DNA of 64,000 bases from Eledone cirrhosa. Taxonomy: Eukaryota. The notes beneath the pieces were generated by a model. The model was not told the origin of the DNA. It worked only from the letters and a program-made list of their open reading frames with translations, and ran no database searches. Numbering within the stretch: the first letter of the stretch is position 1; every line of letters starts with the position of its first letter. A program made the translations under genes and the position numbers. Below, piece by piece: positions 44,813 through 59,607 of this stretch. The stretch covers positions 411,742,001 to 411,806,000 of the forward strand of contig OZ024740.1 of assembly GCA_964016885.1 (NCBI GenBank). The letters run 5' to 3'.

Positions 44813-46834
44813 TGAGAAATATAAGAAGGACTATATGGAAAGAGGAGTGTATGAACAAGAAGAAACATAAGATAAGGTTACGCTATGAATAGTCATCTGT
44901 GTGCAATCAATTTTTTGAGACGTATAAACACGAACATAATTGGGTGTTCTTGTGTATGTGTGTGTGTAATTTTGGGGGTGGGGGTGTTGAGTCTGTGTGA
45001 AATTTTAATTCTCGTATACCTACAAGTTTAGATTAAATAACGCACAGTGAATCTTAAACAAATATAAACATTGTTATGTCTGCGTAGGCAGATATTTATC
45101 GACGTTTTTCACTTCTGCAATTTTCTCAATGAGTACGCAACCTCATTGTCTGTTCAACTGAAATAGCCAATCTAATTTGAATGATATTGCATTTGTTGAC
45201 AAACTGATTAATGAATTAAATATTTCATGCACAACACAGGGTATATTTGAATTTGCAAATTAACTAGACATTAATATTTTTAGATAATCTAGTATAGGTT
45301 GTGTTATTCATTAAATAATAAAGTAAATAATTGACACATTTTCAATCATGCAAATATATAATTGATATTTATAAGACATTATATTGCAATTAATTATATG
45401 AGAATCTCTTGTTCACGGTCTATGAGTGCTATAAAGGTAAAATACAAAAAGTAATAATATCAAGAATTGCCGAAATAGACATGTTCACCGTTACATGCCC
45501 CGACAAGTTTCTGTCAGTCATCCAAGTAACATGCAAATGGACTTTAGCAAATCTAATGAAAATCTTTGTCCACGCTTTCTCGCAAGATGTAAATCCGGCA
45601 AAGGTGAAAGAAGGCATAACATATCCTATTCAATAAAAGCTACGTGGGTTTGTTATAGCTAGAACGTTAATGGAATGAATGGCTGTATGACATTGTAAGC
45701 TACAGAGGACCTCTTTGTTGCATATAATGGAGCTCTCTCAAAGCAAATATTATGAGTGGGTGGAGCCTCAGTGGGATGTATTTTGCACCTGATTCTGGTA
45801 TTACTTTCATGCTTTCGGTTACACAGACACAAATATGAATAGCTTTGTTAGTGATACGAAACTAGTACAGGCAATCACAAATTCTCTTTATTTTGTTCTT
45901 CGGGGGAATTTAAAAGCGATATATAACGGGCCATCCGCTATCAGCACGATAAAACTAACATGCTGCAATAGAGATATTCTGACCCAGGGAGGAATGATAT
46001 CTCATAATAGAACTCAGTGCATGGTCTGGAAATGTATGAGAAAAGATGTGTCGTTTTATGGGAATGTCACCAAGAGGTAATAATGTGCAAACGAGTGGCC
46101 GGATTAATACAGAAACCACCCTGATGATAGAAGAATGAGGCCATGTTGGTAGTTTGATTGATGATTCTCGTCAGCTCATAACTATAGTCGGTCCACTGTG
46201 TTAGATTAACTGCAGAACGCGAAGAAATCCAACGGTGCTGTGCCAAAACGTTTGCCTCAATGAAATAGGGAGGCTGAAAGGTTTAAGACTCTATTCTCTG
46301 GATCCAAGATGAAAAGGATACGCTGGGACATACATACACACACACTTACAAACACACATGTACACATACACACAGAGACGCACTCACAAACAATGTGTAT
46401 GCTTGCCCTGGTAAGTATACCAACTTGCTGAGTTAAGCCTGTCGATGTATGTAGTCTCTGAACGAAGAACATTGGTGGTCAACTTTACGATGACTCTTCT
46501 TGCTTTTTTCAGTTATTAAATTTCATTCACATCTTTAGGGTCGAACCGATACTATAGTACACGCTGTACGTGCTAGAGGATGCAGAATCGGGAAGCACCA
46601 GAGGATTGTTACGAAGAGTGTCATTTAATCAAACACTTATAGGTACATCTTCTCTTGTTGCGGTGATAATCATTACTCATCTACGATACATTGCTACGCA
46701 ACAAATAATATCCCTTAGCAATAATAACAAAGCAAGCGAAAGTCTGTCTACTCTGCCGTTGTGAGGATTGGGCAATTCAGAGGAGCGGAAGGGAGAGAGA
46801 AGAAAAGGGAGAGTCACACATTTCAAACTAAAAT

Positions 46835-47330
<496 letters not shown>

Positions 47331-47801
47331 AATTGAAATATAAAGAAATTCTAAATACAATCAATGTTATGCTATCTACTTTTAAGTGAATGACTAAAAA
47401 CGTTGCATTAATATTTCATGCGGAGCTGGTTCGTGGTTGGAGTTATGAATGATGATAGCCAGTGAAATAATCTTTAAGCAATATCAAAAGTGTATAAGAA
47501 TGAAGGTCGGGTGAGAGGGTTCTCGAAAAACTAGGGGAAGTATATAATGTACGTGCATGCGGATTGTATTAAGATGCTTGGTTGCTGCTAAATACTTTGG
47601 AGAAATTGAGCAGATCGATATATTCTGTGCTTGAAGATATGCTTACCTATATATCATATTTATGTCTTGCAGACAGTTGCATGCTTATGAAAGAAGATAT
47701 CTTTCTTACCTTCAGTAAAATCTTGTATAATAATATCATATCGTTTGATATGTGGTAAAATGATAACCTTCATTTGTGTCACATACGTCTCTCTCTCTCT
47801 A

Positions 47802-47886
<85 letters not shown>

Positions 47887-47888
<2 letters not shown>

Positions 47889-48088
47889 AAAGATTCAGGA
47901 CCCCGACGGCTGAGTTTCGGCCGTTTCGACAGCCAGATCCGAACTGAGTTCGGATCTAGCTGTCGAAACAGCCAGAGCTCAGCCATCGGGGTCCTGGATC
48001 TTTCCATATTACCCACTCTACTACCCCAAAGATAGAGTACTCTGGTGCGTTATGGTCCACCTGGTATCTTACCACACCCTCTTTGTTA
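47887..48088 (+). mobile_element. Hairpin mini-element (PLE 3' end folded back at hammerhead stem II)
   Basis: Inverted repeat 47887-48006 centred on gatccgaactgagttcggatc, then an ~80 nt tail shared with 48270-48433, 58993-59186, 59608-59690 and 62050-62132. Confidence 0.75.
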
Positions 48089-48164
48089 TGTGTATCTATA
48101 TCGATATCTATAGCTATCTCTCTCTCTATATATATATAGTTATATAATAAACAACATGAGATAA

Positions 48165-48231
48165 TTATTTCATTTACCAGTGGTTTCTTGAAGACAGATG
48201 TTATATCTGTCTTCAGCCGTCAGAAAGAATA
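48165..48231 (-). ncRNA. Degenerate type I hammerhead motif
   Basis: Minus strand: ttattcttt CTGACGG ctgaagacagat-ataac-atctgtcttcaa GAAA ccactgg TA aatgaaataa. One core substitution. Confidence 0.55.
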
Positions 48232-48269
48232 AATAACATCTCAGATGTTATTTATTCATTCATATATAT

Positions 48270-48433
48270 AACGAAGGAGTTGTGGTAAGGAACCAAATAG
48301 ACCATAACGCACCAGAGTACTGAATACTTAGGGTAGTAGAGTGGGTAATAGGAAAAGCTATGACACCGACGGCAGAGCTCAATCCGCTTCGACGAAACGT
48401 CTTTAGCTCTGCCGTCGGGGTCATACATTTTCC
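48270..48433 (-). mobile_element. Variant of the same PLE 3'-end family, with a fold-back
   Basis: Tail in minus orientation, followed by an imperfect hairpin tgacaccgacggcagagc...gctctgccgtcggggtca. Confidence 0.7.
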
Positions 48434-48505
48434 TATATATATATACATACATATGTGTGTATGTGTGTACTAAAAAGTGTTGGGGCCAAAAGCCCCAGCC
48501 TTATA

Positions 48506-48543
<38 letters not shown>

Positions 48544-50799
48544 TATATACATGCATGGATACATACATACAAACATACATTCATGGCTGCATACACATAC
48601 ACGCGTACGTTCTGATACACAACAAAATACCCATATATATCGCAGAGTCGACATTGCCATAAATAAAGTTGAGTCAATTATAGTCTGCCAGTCCTGGTGT
48701 GCTGAGGTGACGATAGCTTTTACCCAATAGAATTTTTGTCCCATAAGGGGAAAGTGAGATATCTACTGCATTTTCAATCGAGGAAAAAATATTTATTCAT
48801 GGAAGTGGGTTACAGCTCTGTACATGTTTTGAATTTACTACAAGGGAAGCATACTTGACACAAATCTACTTTATCGTACATTAGTTTTGATATACAGTTC
48901 AAATAATACCGAAACATGTCCGGCACAGTCTCCAAAGTAACTCAGCCCCAGAGTGAACCCTACTGCACATTTAGTTTAAATCTTTCAGTAGCTGAAAGTT
49001 TTAAGTTCCACTCCAATTGATAATAGATGAATTACCTTCATTTATATATTTGCTCTAAAATTAGTTCTGCGATCAGGTAGGGTCTGTGTTGGTTAAGTTT
49101 CGCTTAAGAGTGTCAATGAAACAGAAACATGCCTGTGAATTCTTGCCATGATGTAAAATATCAGATACGCTCTCACCAACGTATATCATATTGTAAGGTT
49201 CTAGGTTTACTGACTGTTTGGTTGCACTCTCCCAAGCTCATTCTAATTATATTTTCATTATTCTACTAAAATTTCTTGTCATAACGGCTGTAATTTAATT
49301 TCATTAAAACAATATATCAAGTTCACCTTGGACTTCTTCTAAGCTTCCCGTATATATATATATCTGCTTCATGTTCATGCACCTATCAAAGCTGGAGATG
49401 TCATGATTTTATATAACGTAACCAGAGAATTATTTGCATAGCAAATCAGCCAATGATTAAGTCGTTCTGTTTTCATTATTTTTCACTGGGAATGTCTAAT
49501 AAGATTCTAACATATCCAGTGTATATTCAACGATACTACAGATCAAATTCACAGTCGCATAATTTAATGACATTTTTGGTTAAATAGAATTTGTTCACAT
49601 CTCTTTTCCCACTGTGGAAATAATTTCCATAAACACTAATGTAGTTTCTTCTCAATACAGCATTAACTCTAATTGCTTATAAATTATTTTCGATTGGTCA
49701 TAATAGAAGAGCGTTTAGCAACACGTATTAAACAAAATAATGAAACAAAAATAAAAAAATAGATACTTCCAGTAGAGTCTATGCAACCTGTACAGTGAGA
49801 CAATTATTCCTCTTTCAGGGAAACTAGTCATTGCCAAATTGGAAAATTTCACAGACACGATGAAACCAAACACTATATTAACTGGTCAATATATATATAT
49901 ATATTCAGTCAACATGAAAATAGATATGAATAAATATAAGATTATCAATACCTAAAACACAAATTATTGCATAGTGATTTCGATTTTTCCAAGAAGGATA
50001 ATTGAAAGCATATTTCAAATGAAAAACCATCATAAGAATAGATTAAGCAGGATACAGATATAAACCTGGAGACAATAAGAATAATATCTGAAGAACTCGC
50101 TATGAAGAAATGTATGTAAAACAATATATATATAAAGGAGTTCTTATGCAGAAAATTGATTTGATCGAGCCCAGATTTTAAGAAGACCACTTTCATTTAA
50201 ATTGCGCAAATCAGACGGTACATCGTACTAAAAAACCTATATCCTATACAAACATTAACCAATCAATCAATACGTAATACACCATCCTTTTTTATAATAG
50301 ATACGTGATACTACGACACAAGAAGCTCTATCCCGATTGTACATAGATGTCACATAACTCAGCACAATAATCACGTATATTCTATACAATAAGAACCCAA
50401 TACTGAATCACATATGCAGCATAATCAATAACCATCAAAATAACAACAGAAACAACAAAGCAAAATTATGTTGCACGTATACACAAACCTTCATCAAGTA
50501 AAAGCTCCATGCAACTCAGGAAAGCGGGAAATCGATGGTGCATGTTTGATGTAAAAACTCGTAAGAAACTATTGAAAATTTACTAGTATATAATACAAAT
50601 TATTATCATTGCTTTATTGGCCACTATGTCCGCCGGAGCTGAGTGGATAATACAAAAACAGGCACAGTGGATATTTAAATAAATGTGTGTAAACAAGGAA
50701 AATGTGTAATAATAAATAACAAAACAAAGAAGAACAGTAATTCCATAATACACCCAGGCGAAGTTTAGTGAACCACAGATTCAGAACCAACCTAATCAC

Positions 50800-52000
50800 C
50801 AAGAGCACCATTCGAAAGAACTCATCTCTTAACTCACTAGCATACACTTGCATGGCTTGAGTAGGCATTTCAACTGGGCACATTTTCGCTACATTCACCC
50901 ATCTTCTAACAAATATACTGGGGGTGGAGGGCATAACATCCCTCTCCATCTTCACTTTTCTTTGTAGGTGGATCTTGAAAATGTTGTTGGGGTTTGGGCG
51001 AAGAGGTTAGTGTCTCTGTCTTCAGTAATTTTAGCAGCGTCCATCGGAAGTAGGTCTCTATACAACACTAGAGTGGAATTTGCGCTAACCGCATTGCACG
51101 ACTGGTAGAGAGCAGTGAGCACCTGACAACATTCCAGATGTCAGGCATTCAGTCTCGGTTTTCTCTTGACTCACGACTGCAGATCAGTCAAATTGACGAG
51201 TTGCGACAAGACCTATCTCACAAATGACAATAACACATTTTCATAGTTGAGGAATAGCTGAAGATGCGTATCAACAGCCAGGACATGCCAAGCCCTCCAC
51301 TTAGATGGTATTGGCAGCAGATTGACAGCCTCACATGTGGATCCTGTTCCTTGCACAAGAAATTTATGAGTAGGTGTTCCACTTTGGTGAGGAGCTAACG
51401 GGAGAAAGGCCCAATGGTCAGATGATATTAGAGGACGGATGCAATGTAAGTGTTCACTACCTGTGCCTAACCATTCATAGATAGTTTCCTTCCATCTTTT
51501 GAAGAGCGCTGAAGTGCCTATATGTTGCTTTTCTCTGAGTATATGCACTACTTCAGGCATATTGTCTTTCAGTTCTCTTTCGTACTTACTTTGTGGTGCC
51601 ACTTCCGGTCGTCTCGATTTTACAGGAATAGATCTTTCTGTCCTTTGCTGAAAACACCGTAGGGGGACAGCTGTTTCCGCTCTTGTGTTTTTCCGCTTAA
51701 TTAATTTAGTGCCTTGTGTAAAATTGTCGTCTGCTTTTTGTTTTGTTTTTGTATATAAATGGTAAATAGTTCAGTTGCTTTTATCTTGATGTGTTGTTGC
51801 TGGTGTAATTGTTCATCTTCCTATTGGTTTTAATATTGTTTATGTTGTTGTTATTGCTGTTACCTTTGTCATAATATTGTTGCAGGAGGTAGTGGTGGAT
51901 GTGATGTTGGAGGTAGTGCAGTTGGCTTTGGCTGTGCTTACTGTTATAGTGAGCGTTGTGACAGCGTTCACGATAACAGCCTTTGCCAACGGCGGAAGAG
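50800..52000 (-). pseudogene. Old Tx1-like ORF1 relic
   Basis: Minus strand gives PVKSRRPEVAPQSK (compare VKSRRVERASESQ) and ETIYEWLGTGSE (compare QENWSGSGME), preceded by an acaaca-rich segment. Confidence 0.6.
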
Positions 52001-53164
52001 GTAGATCATGTAAACTTTCTACTGAACGTGGTTTATATTTTGGGTTTGGTTGTTATTGTCGCTTCTCCTCGGGAAAGAAACGCCGCCATCTGCAATGTCT
52101 TTTTTGCTTTTTTGTTAAATATATGATGGTGAACCAAGAATATATGTGTAGCTTTTGAACTTTATGTGCCAAAGATAAAAGAAATTACAAATTCCCTCGA
52201 AAGTTGGTCACTTTAGCAACAGAAATGAACACAACTTGCAGCAAACAGCTTTATTGAACCGCTGAAAATTACAGAGCAACATCAGTGGGCTGATAGTCCA
52301 GAAACAACAAAATTACTACTGGTTTCAGATTTAGGCACAAAGCCAAATATTTTTAGGAAAGGGTAAATGGATTAAATCGACCGCAGTGCGTTACTGGTAC
52401 GTAAGAGGAGGAAATAATATGCCGCAAAACCAAAGGAAAGATAAAGTACAAAATAGAAACAGCTACACTGGTGCAGCAGAATACCTTAATAAATATTTGA
52501 AATGTTATTCATTCTTTCCGTCGTTAATTTATTTTGTAACGTTGAACTGACACCTAATTAATCATCCGGGTAAACTGACTAACTGAACAAAAATAAAGTC
52601 GATAAATTATAAATTCAGACAAAGAAAATAACAATGACAATAGAAATAATTTTCAAAAATGTATCATTCGGAGTAGGCTTACTTTGATATTACTGCATAA
52701 AGATACATAACAAATGGAATGTGCGCGTTTCCACATTATCTGAAACAAACAAACCTTTACCCGATAAGTATTATGACAATCCTAAGTATATGGGTAGGTT
52801 TACTACTCAAAGAAGAATATTAATCGATGCAGGAGGCATACGTTTCATGCTTCTATGCTTTACTTCCGAAAAAAAATAAAAACAATATTAACTCTACTCA
52901 TGTTATAATATCTAGGGGAGAAATAATGTAACATACCTTTGTAGTGTCACAAATAATTTAGTTATTATTACAAAAACACAAACTATGTACAAAAAGCGTG
53001 CAAGTAACCAAAATGTATAATGTATAATGATACATTAAATCATTAAAAATGTGAAGAGAAATTAATGAAAGGGCAAAGGCAAAATTAAATAAATAACAAA
53101 ACACGTGAATTGAATAATGATAACTACAAACTACTGCCTTACAACACCGAGGTATGTGTGTGCG

Positions 53165-53408
53165 ATCGCTCACACCTATGCAGGTTTAGCTGTCCTCGTC
53201 CAAGGTATATCTCGTTGGAGGTGTCTTGGGTGATTTAATGATAGGCCCCCCAGTCCTATCATCTCATTTCTACAGCTGAGTAAACTGGAGCAACGTGAAA
53301 TAAAGTATCTTGCCGAAGGAAACAATACATCACCCGGTTGGAGGATTGAACTCACAACCTTTCGATTGCAAGCCCAATACTCTAACCACTAAGTCATGCG
53401 TCTTCACA
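53165..53408 (-). mobile_element. SINE family 1
   Basis: Homologous to 24975-25216 and inverted relative to 53905-54150. Confidence 0.75.
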
Positions 53409-53904
53409 TGCGAGGTATAGATACAAATTAATATGAGAATTATCTCTAAAAAAGGCATATCAAAAACAAAAGTTGGTTATCTGATACTAATCTAGAGATT
53501 GGAATGTTTAAAGACTTAACATTAATGGATCTTTCTATTGAAAACATGATTAACATAATCACATGAGAATACGTACAGAGATTTGTTCCGCAGAGTTTAT
53601 ATAAAACAGAGGCTAACATTCGTATCCCAACTGCAAACACCATAATGCACATGGAGGAAAAGGAAAACATATGAAACGATAAATACAACCTTAAGCATCT
53701 ATGATTTCTTAAGCAGCTCCAACTGAAAATAACCTCTGCACAAACGAGATTAAGAAACGAGTTACGAATGCTACAAAAATAAGCCATAACGCAGACAAAA
53801 CATTCGAAACAAAAAGAGCACCTATAATATAACCCTTGGTAAATAGCGAAATATCCTGGATTCTGAAAAAAGCAAGAACAATTATTTGAATTAAACAATC
53901 CTGA

Positions 53905-54150
53905 ATGTTGCATGGCTTAGTGGTTAGAGCATTGGGCTTGCAATCAAAAGGTTGTGAGTTCAATTCTCGGACCGGATGATGTGTTGTTTCCTTGAACAAG
54001 ACACTTTATTTCACGTTGCTACAGTTTACTTGGCTGTAGCAATGAGATGATAGGACTGGGGTCCCTATAATTAAATTACCAAGACACCTCCAACGAGATA
54101 TACCTTGGAGGAGGCCAGCTAAACCTGCATATGTGTGAGCTGTCACACAC
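53905..54150 (+). mobile_element. SINE family 1
   Basis: gcatggcttagtggttagagc A box, gagttcaattct B box, ccttgaacaagacactttatttcac core. Confidence 0.78.
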
Positions 54151-54362
54151 ACACAATACCTGAAGGTTGTACCGTAGGATACAACTACATTGTCAAAAAT
54201 CAAAATCAATGCAAAATGCATAATTAATAGGCTGATAATATGTCTACATCCACCACAATGCATCTTTAATGTAATAAAAGGGAAAAGATACACCGCACTT
54301 GAAACTATCATCAATGCACTGTTAGAACAGAAGAAATGCTTCCAAACTTTGATCATGCTAAA

Positions 54363-55310
54363 TCTATATATATAAAACTGTGGTTGTCTGTCTGTCTATC
54401 GATTTTTGGCACACATCTCCTCTTAGAATCTCTCACGGAATTGCACCGAAATTGCTATACTTGTACATTGAGCCCTAGCGAAGACATCGGAAAAAAAATA
54501 TTTCAAATTGACCCACCCTATGTGACGAAATCGATAATAATGTATCGATTTTTGAGCGTAAGTTATCAGTTATTTCCCTTTGTTCTGTTTACATTGAGCG
54601 TCTTACGTAAAAAATTACGCTGGCTTTCTCAGCGTTTAAAATGATATTAACACAATACACGAACAGTTGTCGAGCCAGCAAAATATTGACCTGCAAAATT
54701 CATCAGTTCGAACACTAAGCTTCCGTTTTGCTCCATTTCCATTTAAAAACATTTTAAAACAATATTTTTACTTGAAAACAAGTCTATTTAAAGACTACGT
54801 AAAACAAGCAAATATTTCGTCGTTAGGCGTGCAGACAGACAGTCGTGCAGACAGACAGTCGTGCAGAGAGGTGATATACGCGTGCAGACAGACAGTCGTG
54901 CAGAGAGGTGATATAGGCGTGCAGACAGACAGTCGTGCAGAGAGGTGATATAGGCGTGCATACAGACAGTCGTGCAGAGAGGTGATATAGGCGTGCAGAC
55001 AGACATAACTGATAATTTGGTTACGCTAATGTTTTTCTCTGCGTTGCAGTGTTTACATTTTCGATCTTTGTTAATAAATAACCAGTGCAGTTTCTATCCC
55101 CAGCATCCTCTTTTGTTATAACATTCGGGTTATCGTTATGTTTTCTTCACTTCATAAGGCATATTGTTGGTTGAGGGAATATTAATCAAAAACACCACAT
55201 GCAAGTCTGCACAGTAGACACTACAGTTTTTAAGCCAAGAAAGAAACTTAACATTGTAACTTTAACACAGCTACTGAGCGACCCCGAGCAACGCCGGGCT
55301 TTACTGCTAG
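54363..55310 (+). mobile_element. Non-autonomous Helitron with internal minisatellite
   Basis: a|TCtatatatataaaactgtgg ... cccgagcaacgccggg ctttactgCTAG|t. Tandem gcgtgcagacagacagtcgtgcagagaggtgatat units at about 54825-55003. Confidence 0.85.
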
Positions 55311-55619
55311 TATTTGATAAATACATTCATAAGCTACACCTCTAATTGTAGATGAAATTAAGAATAATTCTTAATCATGACGTGGATTGATTACGAAAAA
55401 GTTTACGTATGTTTGAATTACGAAACGAATCTGTAAAATTTAGCTATAAGTAGTGTAGCTTACATAACTAGAGAGTAGTTCAACATTGTCATGTCTGACT
55501 CGTAAATAATTAGTAAGAAAACAGAACATATTTGAAAGATTAAAAGTGTAATATTGCAAAGGTATTTTCATCGTCTCTCTACTCTTTCCCAGCCAGGTGG
55601 TATTAATTCCTTTAACTGA

Positions 55620-55822
55620 CATAGTATGAAGAGTAATTTTTCTCTCGTTTACCGATTGTCTTATGCTGCTCTTTAGTCGCATTTACTGAACAGGAATTTC
55701 ATGCAAACTCATTTAGCACATGTGTGCTAAATGAGTTTGCATGAAATCCTGTTCAGTAAAATGCGACTAAAGACGCCTGCATATGACAAACGGTAACCGG
55801 AGAAAAATACTATTATTATGTA
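55620..55822. repeat. Palindrome centred near 55721
   Basis: tttcatgcaaactcatttagcaca-tg-tgtgctaaatgagtttgcatgaaa, with arms degrading outward. Confidence 0.8.
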
Positions 55823-56349
55823 TGGATAGCAAAAAATCAAACCCACCCGGTCTTAGAATAATTACAAATTAATAACAATACCGTGCAGATAAAAGGAAGA
55901 AAGGCGCATTAAATGCGTAGTAAAAACTAATATAAGTATAACATGCCTGTAGAAATCAATATTCTATCTGTTCTATAAATACTTTATAGCTATAATGTCT
56001 TTAAAGAGTCAGTAAGTGAATTAGTAATACAAAATGAGAAAACAAGGTAAAATAAAATGGTATATAAAATACATCAATAAAATTACAGCTCAGAATGTTA
56101 TATTTGCCAGGAAAATACGTTGGTAGAATGCTGTCTCTACCTCGAATATTATAAAATCCCTGCTTTAGATCTACACACATATCCAGTAAAAAACGAAAAG
56201 AAATTATCACGAATAGCTACATATATTGTGCTTCTGCCTTCACTGTAAATTTATAAGTAAGAAAGTTCAAACATTACAATGTAAAGTCAACAAACATAAA
56301 CATAGTTTTAAACGTTGTCAAAATGTGTTGGTGTGGAAATCATCCAGGA

Positions 56350-57120
56350 TAGCGGAGGTCCGAAAGCGCCAGACAAATTGTGACTAAAAGATGTTTTTTT
56401 CATTAGGGTCCATAAACAATGCTTCACTTAAAACGAAATAGATACTACTATGACTGGACCAATTAGGATTGAAGTATTCTGGTTGAAATGATTTAATGTG
56501 TTCATTCAATGTTAGGGATGTACCTAAATAATTGTGTAGTAGAGGGAGAAGTTCTAGGCTGAATAGTTGAAGGAAAGACTACTTTGATAATGAAGGATAA
56601 AAAGAATGGTCTGTTATCTGGAAAATACAGGCCTATTGCCTGCTTGAATTTGCTTCGGAATCTGTTGATTAGGACGTTGATGCCAAAGTCCATGATCAAC
56701 TGCTTCAGAATAAGATGCTACTTGTCGAGGAGAAGGCATGTAGAGAAAGTTCCCAGGGAGCCAAAGACCATCATGTTGTTAACAAGGTGACCATGTATAA
56801 CTTCAAAAGACATCTAAAGAATGTATGCATGGCTTGGATAAATTTTAAGAAAGCCTGGGACATGGTCCCACCTTAATGGGTAATAAAATGTTTGAGGATG
56901 TTTGGGATAGCACAGTGACTATAGATAGCAAACAAATGTAATGGATTCTAGCATGCCCTTGAGTAAGACAAACCTGCATACAGGAAATAAACACCAAACT
57001 GTTGACAATATAAAAAGAAGAATATTTCAAAGAGATTCCTTCTCACCATTGCTTTTTGTGAATGCCATGATTCTATTATCAATGCTCTGATGGGATACAG
57101 ACATTGGCTATCAGATGAAA
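56350..57120 (+). pseudogene. Old Dong/R4 RT relic
   Basis: TTLIMKDK..YRPIACL, MAWINFKKA..MVP and IFQRDSFSPLLF parallel the 12974-16207 protein. Confidence 0.75.
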
Positions 57121-58389
57121 AACAATATTACGGCGTTTGGCCCAAATCTTCCAGATTAGTTATCAAGATTCGCGCTGCAGAAAGTGTCATGGGTCATTCT
57201 TTCCACTGGCATGTCCTTGGTGATATCATTTCTATTCGCATGTTCGTCGTCTACAAGTCGTCTACAGTCATCTACCAGTCGTCTACAGTCTTCTACCCAC
57301 TTCTCCGATTTGATATGCTCTGTTGCTAATATTTTACTAAAATGGACACATTCTATTTTAATTCTTCGTTTAGAGAGTCGTCTACTTGTTATTAGTAATT
57401 GTGCATGGTAAATAACACGATAAAGCGTTCCAGATTACGGAGGTTTACATTTAACATTCATTCCCAATGTTTCGTTTGAATTTTCTAAAGTAGAGTTTGC
57501 CAACCTCGAAATGTGGTCTTTGTAGCAAACTAACTGAAACTATGGACAAATTATTCTAACACCAATGGGTAATATAGTAAATGATCTGTCTGAATACGGA
57601 TTGTTCTATTCCACACTAGTAGGTTTTAATCACCGGGTGACACCAGTCGGGGGGTTTGAGCCATTCATTATTTTTTCGTTTGTCTAAATTGCTATTTCCA
57701 TCATTGATATCTGACATAGATGCTAGGCCTAATATTACGTCGGAGAATAAGTCGATTCAATTGGCATCACTACTTGAATAGTACACTAGCGATGTCGAAC
57801 GGAAAAAGCAACAATGTTGTTCAGGATTTTATTTTAGAACGTAAAGTGGTAGAATAAATACCACGTGACTAGCAATTTGAAAGGTAGGGGACAAGTCGAC
57901 GAAATTGACTCCAATGTTTTACTGGTACTTTATTGTAGCAACCCTAAGGATAAACAATAAAGATAACATTGCCAAAATTCAAACTTCAAACGGAAAAGGC
58001 CCTGACTATATTACGAAATACATGTTCAACCCTCGAACAATTCTGTCAATTCAGGATAATAAGATGAAAATGAAGAAAACTAATAAAAGTATAAGGTGAA
58101 CTACAATAAACATAAAATAATATACTTTACTCCCACGAATGTATTCGTAGACATACAGACAACAAGCACGAACACATGCATGTCATCTCAGTTATATTCT
58201 ACAGGATCATAACAAATCGTTAATATGGTATTTAACAATCCATTAGATCATGGACAGATAAGAAACACCCACTCAAATTCCAACTTAGCAAGAATAACGA
58301 AAAATATAGATAATGATGACGGTTATAGTGATGGAGTTGATGATGATTATGATGATGATGAGAGGAGGATGAATATTATAGAAATCGTT

Positions 58390-58830
58390 ATATCCTAGGT
58401 ATATGAACAGCATATTTCTTCCAATGTAAGACGCTCTCCAAAACTGGAGAACCAGATTGAGGAGGCATTGATGTATTGTAAAAAAATCGATTCCTCTTAC
58501 TACATACTAAGATGTCAACACGACTCCATCGAGAGATACGGGTCCATACATCAATTTGGTATTCATGGCTACTCTTACCTATAATCATGAATATTGGGTA
58601 ATGACTGAAAGAATACGATCACGAGTTCAAGCGGTCGAAATGTGGCTCCTCTAAATGGTTTTGGAGTAATGTTACTAGATAAAGTACGTAGTTCTGAGAT
58701 CAGAGATTTACTCTAGGTAGAGCTGCTACTTCTCTGATCGAGAGATCATAGTTCTGATATTACCTACAGGCGGCTAGAATGTTTCAAGAAACAATACCTG
58801 GTCTGGTTTTACGGGCAAAAGCAACCAACG
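58390..58830 (+). pseudogene. RTE-clade LINE C-terminal relic
   Basis: LTYNHEYWVMTERIRSRVQAVEMWLL..LDKVRSSEIR, the typical RTE thumb/C-terminal motif. Confidence 0.7.
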
Positions 58831-58938
58831 ATGGTTGAATAAAATCCTGGAGCTATGCTTGTCTCTCTTGGGGCTCCAGCCGAATGAACTGAAAATAATT
58901 GTGTCTGATAGAAAATGTTCAATGAAGAAAAAAAGGAG

Positions 58939-58990
<52 letters not shown>

Positions 58991-58995
<5 letters not shown>

Positions 58996-59181
58996 ACAAA
59001 GGAAATGTGGTAAGGAACCAGACGCACCAGAGTACACAATACCTAGAGTAGTAGAGTGAGAAATAGCCGTCGAAATGGCTTGAGCTCTTCCGTCGGGGTC
59101 ATACTTTTTCCTATTACTCACTCTACTACTCTAAGTATTGTGTACTCTGGTGCGTCTGGTTCCTTACCACATTTCCTTTGT

Positions 59182-59186
<5 letters not shown>
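58991..59186. repeat. Fold-back of the PLE 3' tail family between (TA)n tracts
   Basis: Arms at 58991-59060 and about 59117-59186. The spacer holds the 3' half of a hammerhead. Confidence 0.8.
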
Positions 59187-59212
<26 letters not shown>

Positions 59213-59255
59213 CAATAATATTAATAAAGGGAAACTATCTATATAAAATCATATT

Positions 59256-59318
59256 TATTTTATTATATATATTTCAAGGGTACCAGTATTTTGGCACGCT
59301 ATTGTCAGATGAAACACA
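59256..59318 (-). ncRNA. Degenerate hammerhead of the same family as 30135-30200
   Basis: Minus strand: tgtttcat CTGACAA tagcgtgcca..tggtaccctt GAAA tatata TA ataaaata. One core G is changed to A. Confidence 0.5.
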
Positions 59319-59607
59319 ATACCGTTATGTTTAGACGGTAGGTATATATAAATAATTATTAGAGTTATTTTTAAAAAAATAAAAGGAAAGAGAGGTTTAC
59401 TATTAAAGTAGTTTCCATTTATTAATATTATTGATATTATACTCTAGAAGAACACTATTGAGTGCTTCTAATCTGTTATAAATTAACTTTGTTGAATAAT
59501 CAACAGATTAAATAACAATACTGATATTGGAGGAGAATACACACCCACAGATACCCATATGAATAGATGCACACATATAATGTATATGCATATATATATA
59601 TATATAT

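Noticed and set aside
48930-49620. Possible minus-strand PLE relic (NMIYVGES-like word)
   Set aside because: Only isolated short motifs, too degraded to call without alignment.
53905-53975. tRNA gene
   Set aside because: The A/B boxes belong to a SINE head that continues into a repeated body, and there is no complete cloverleaf.
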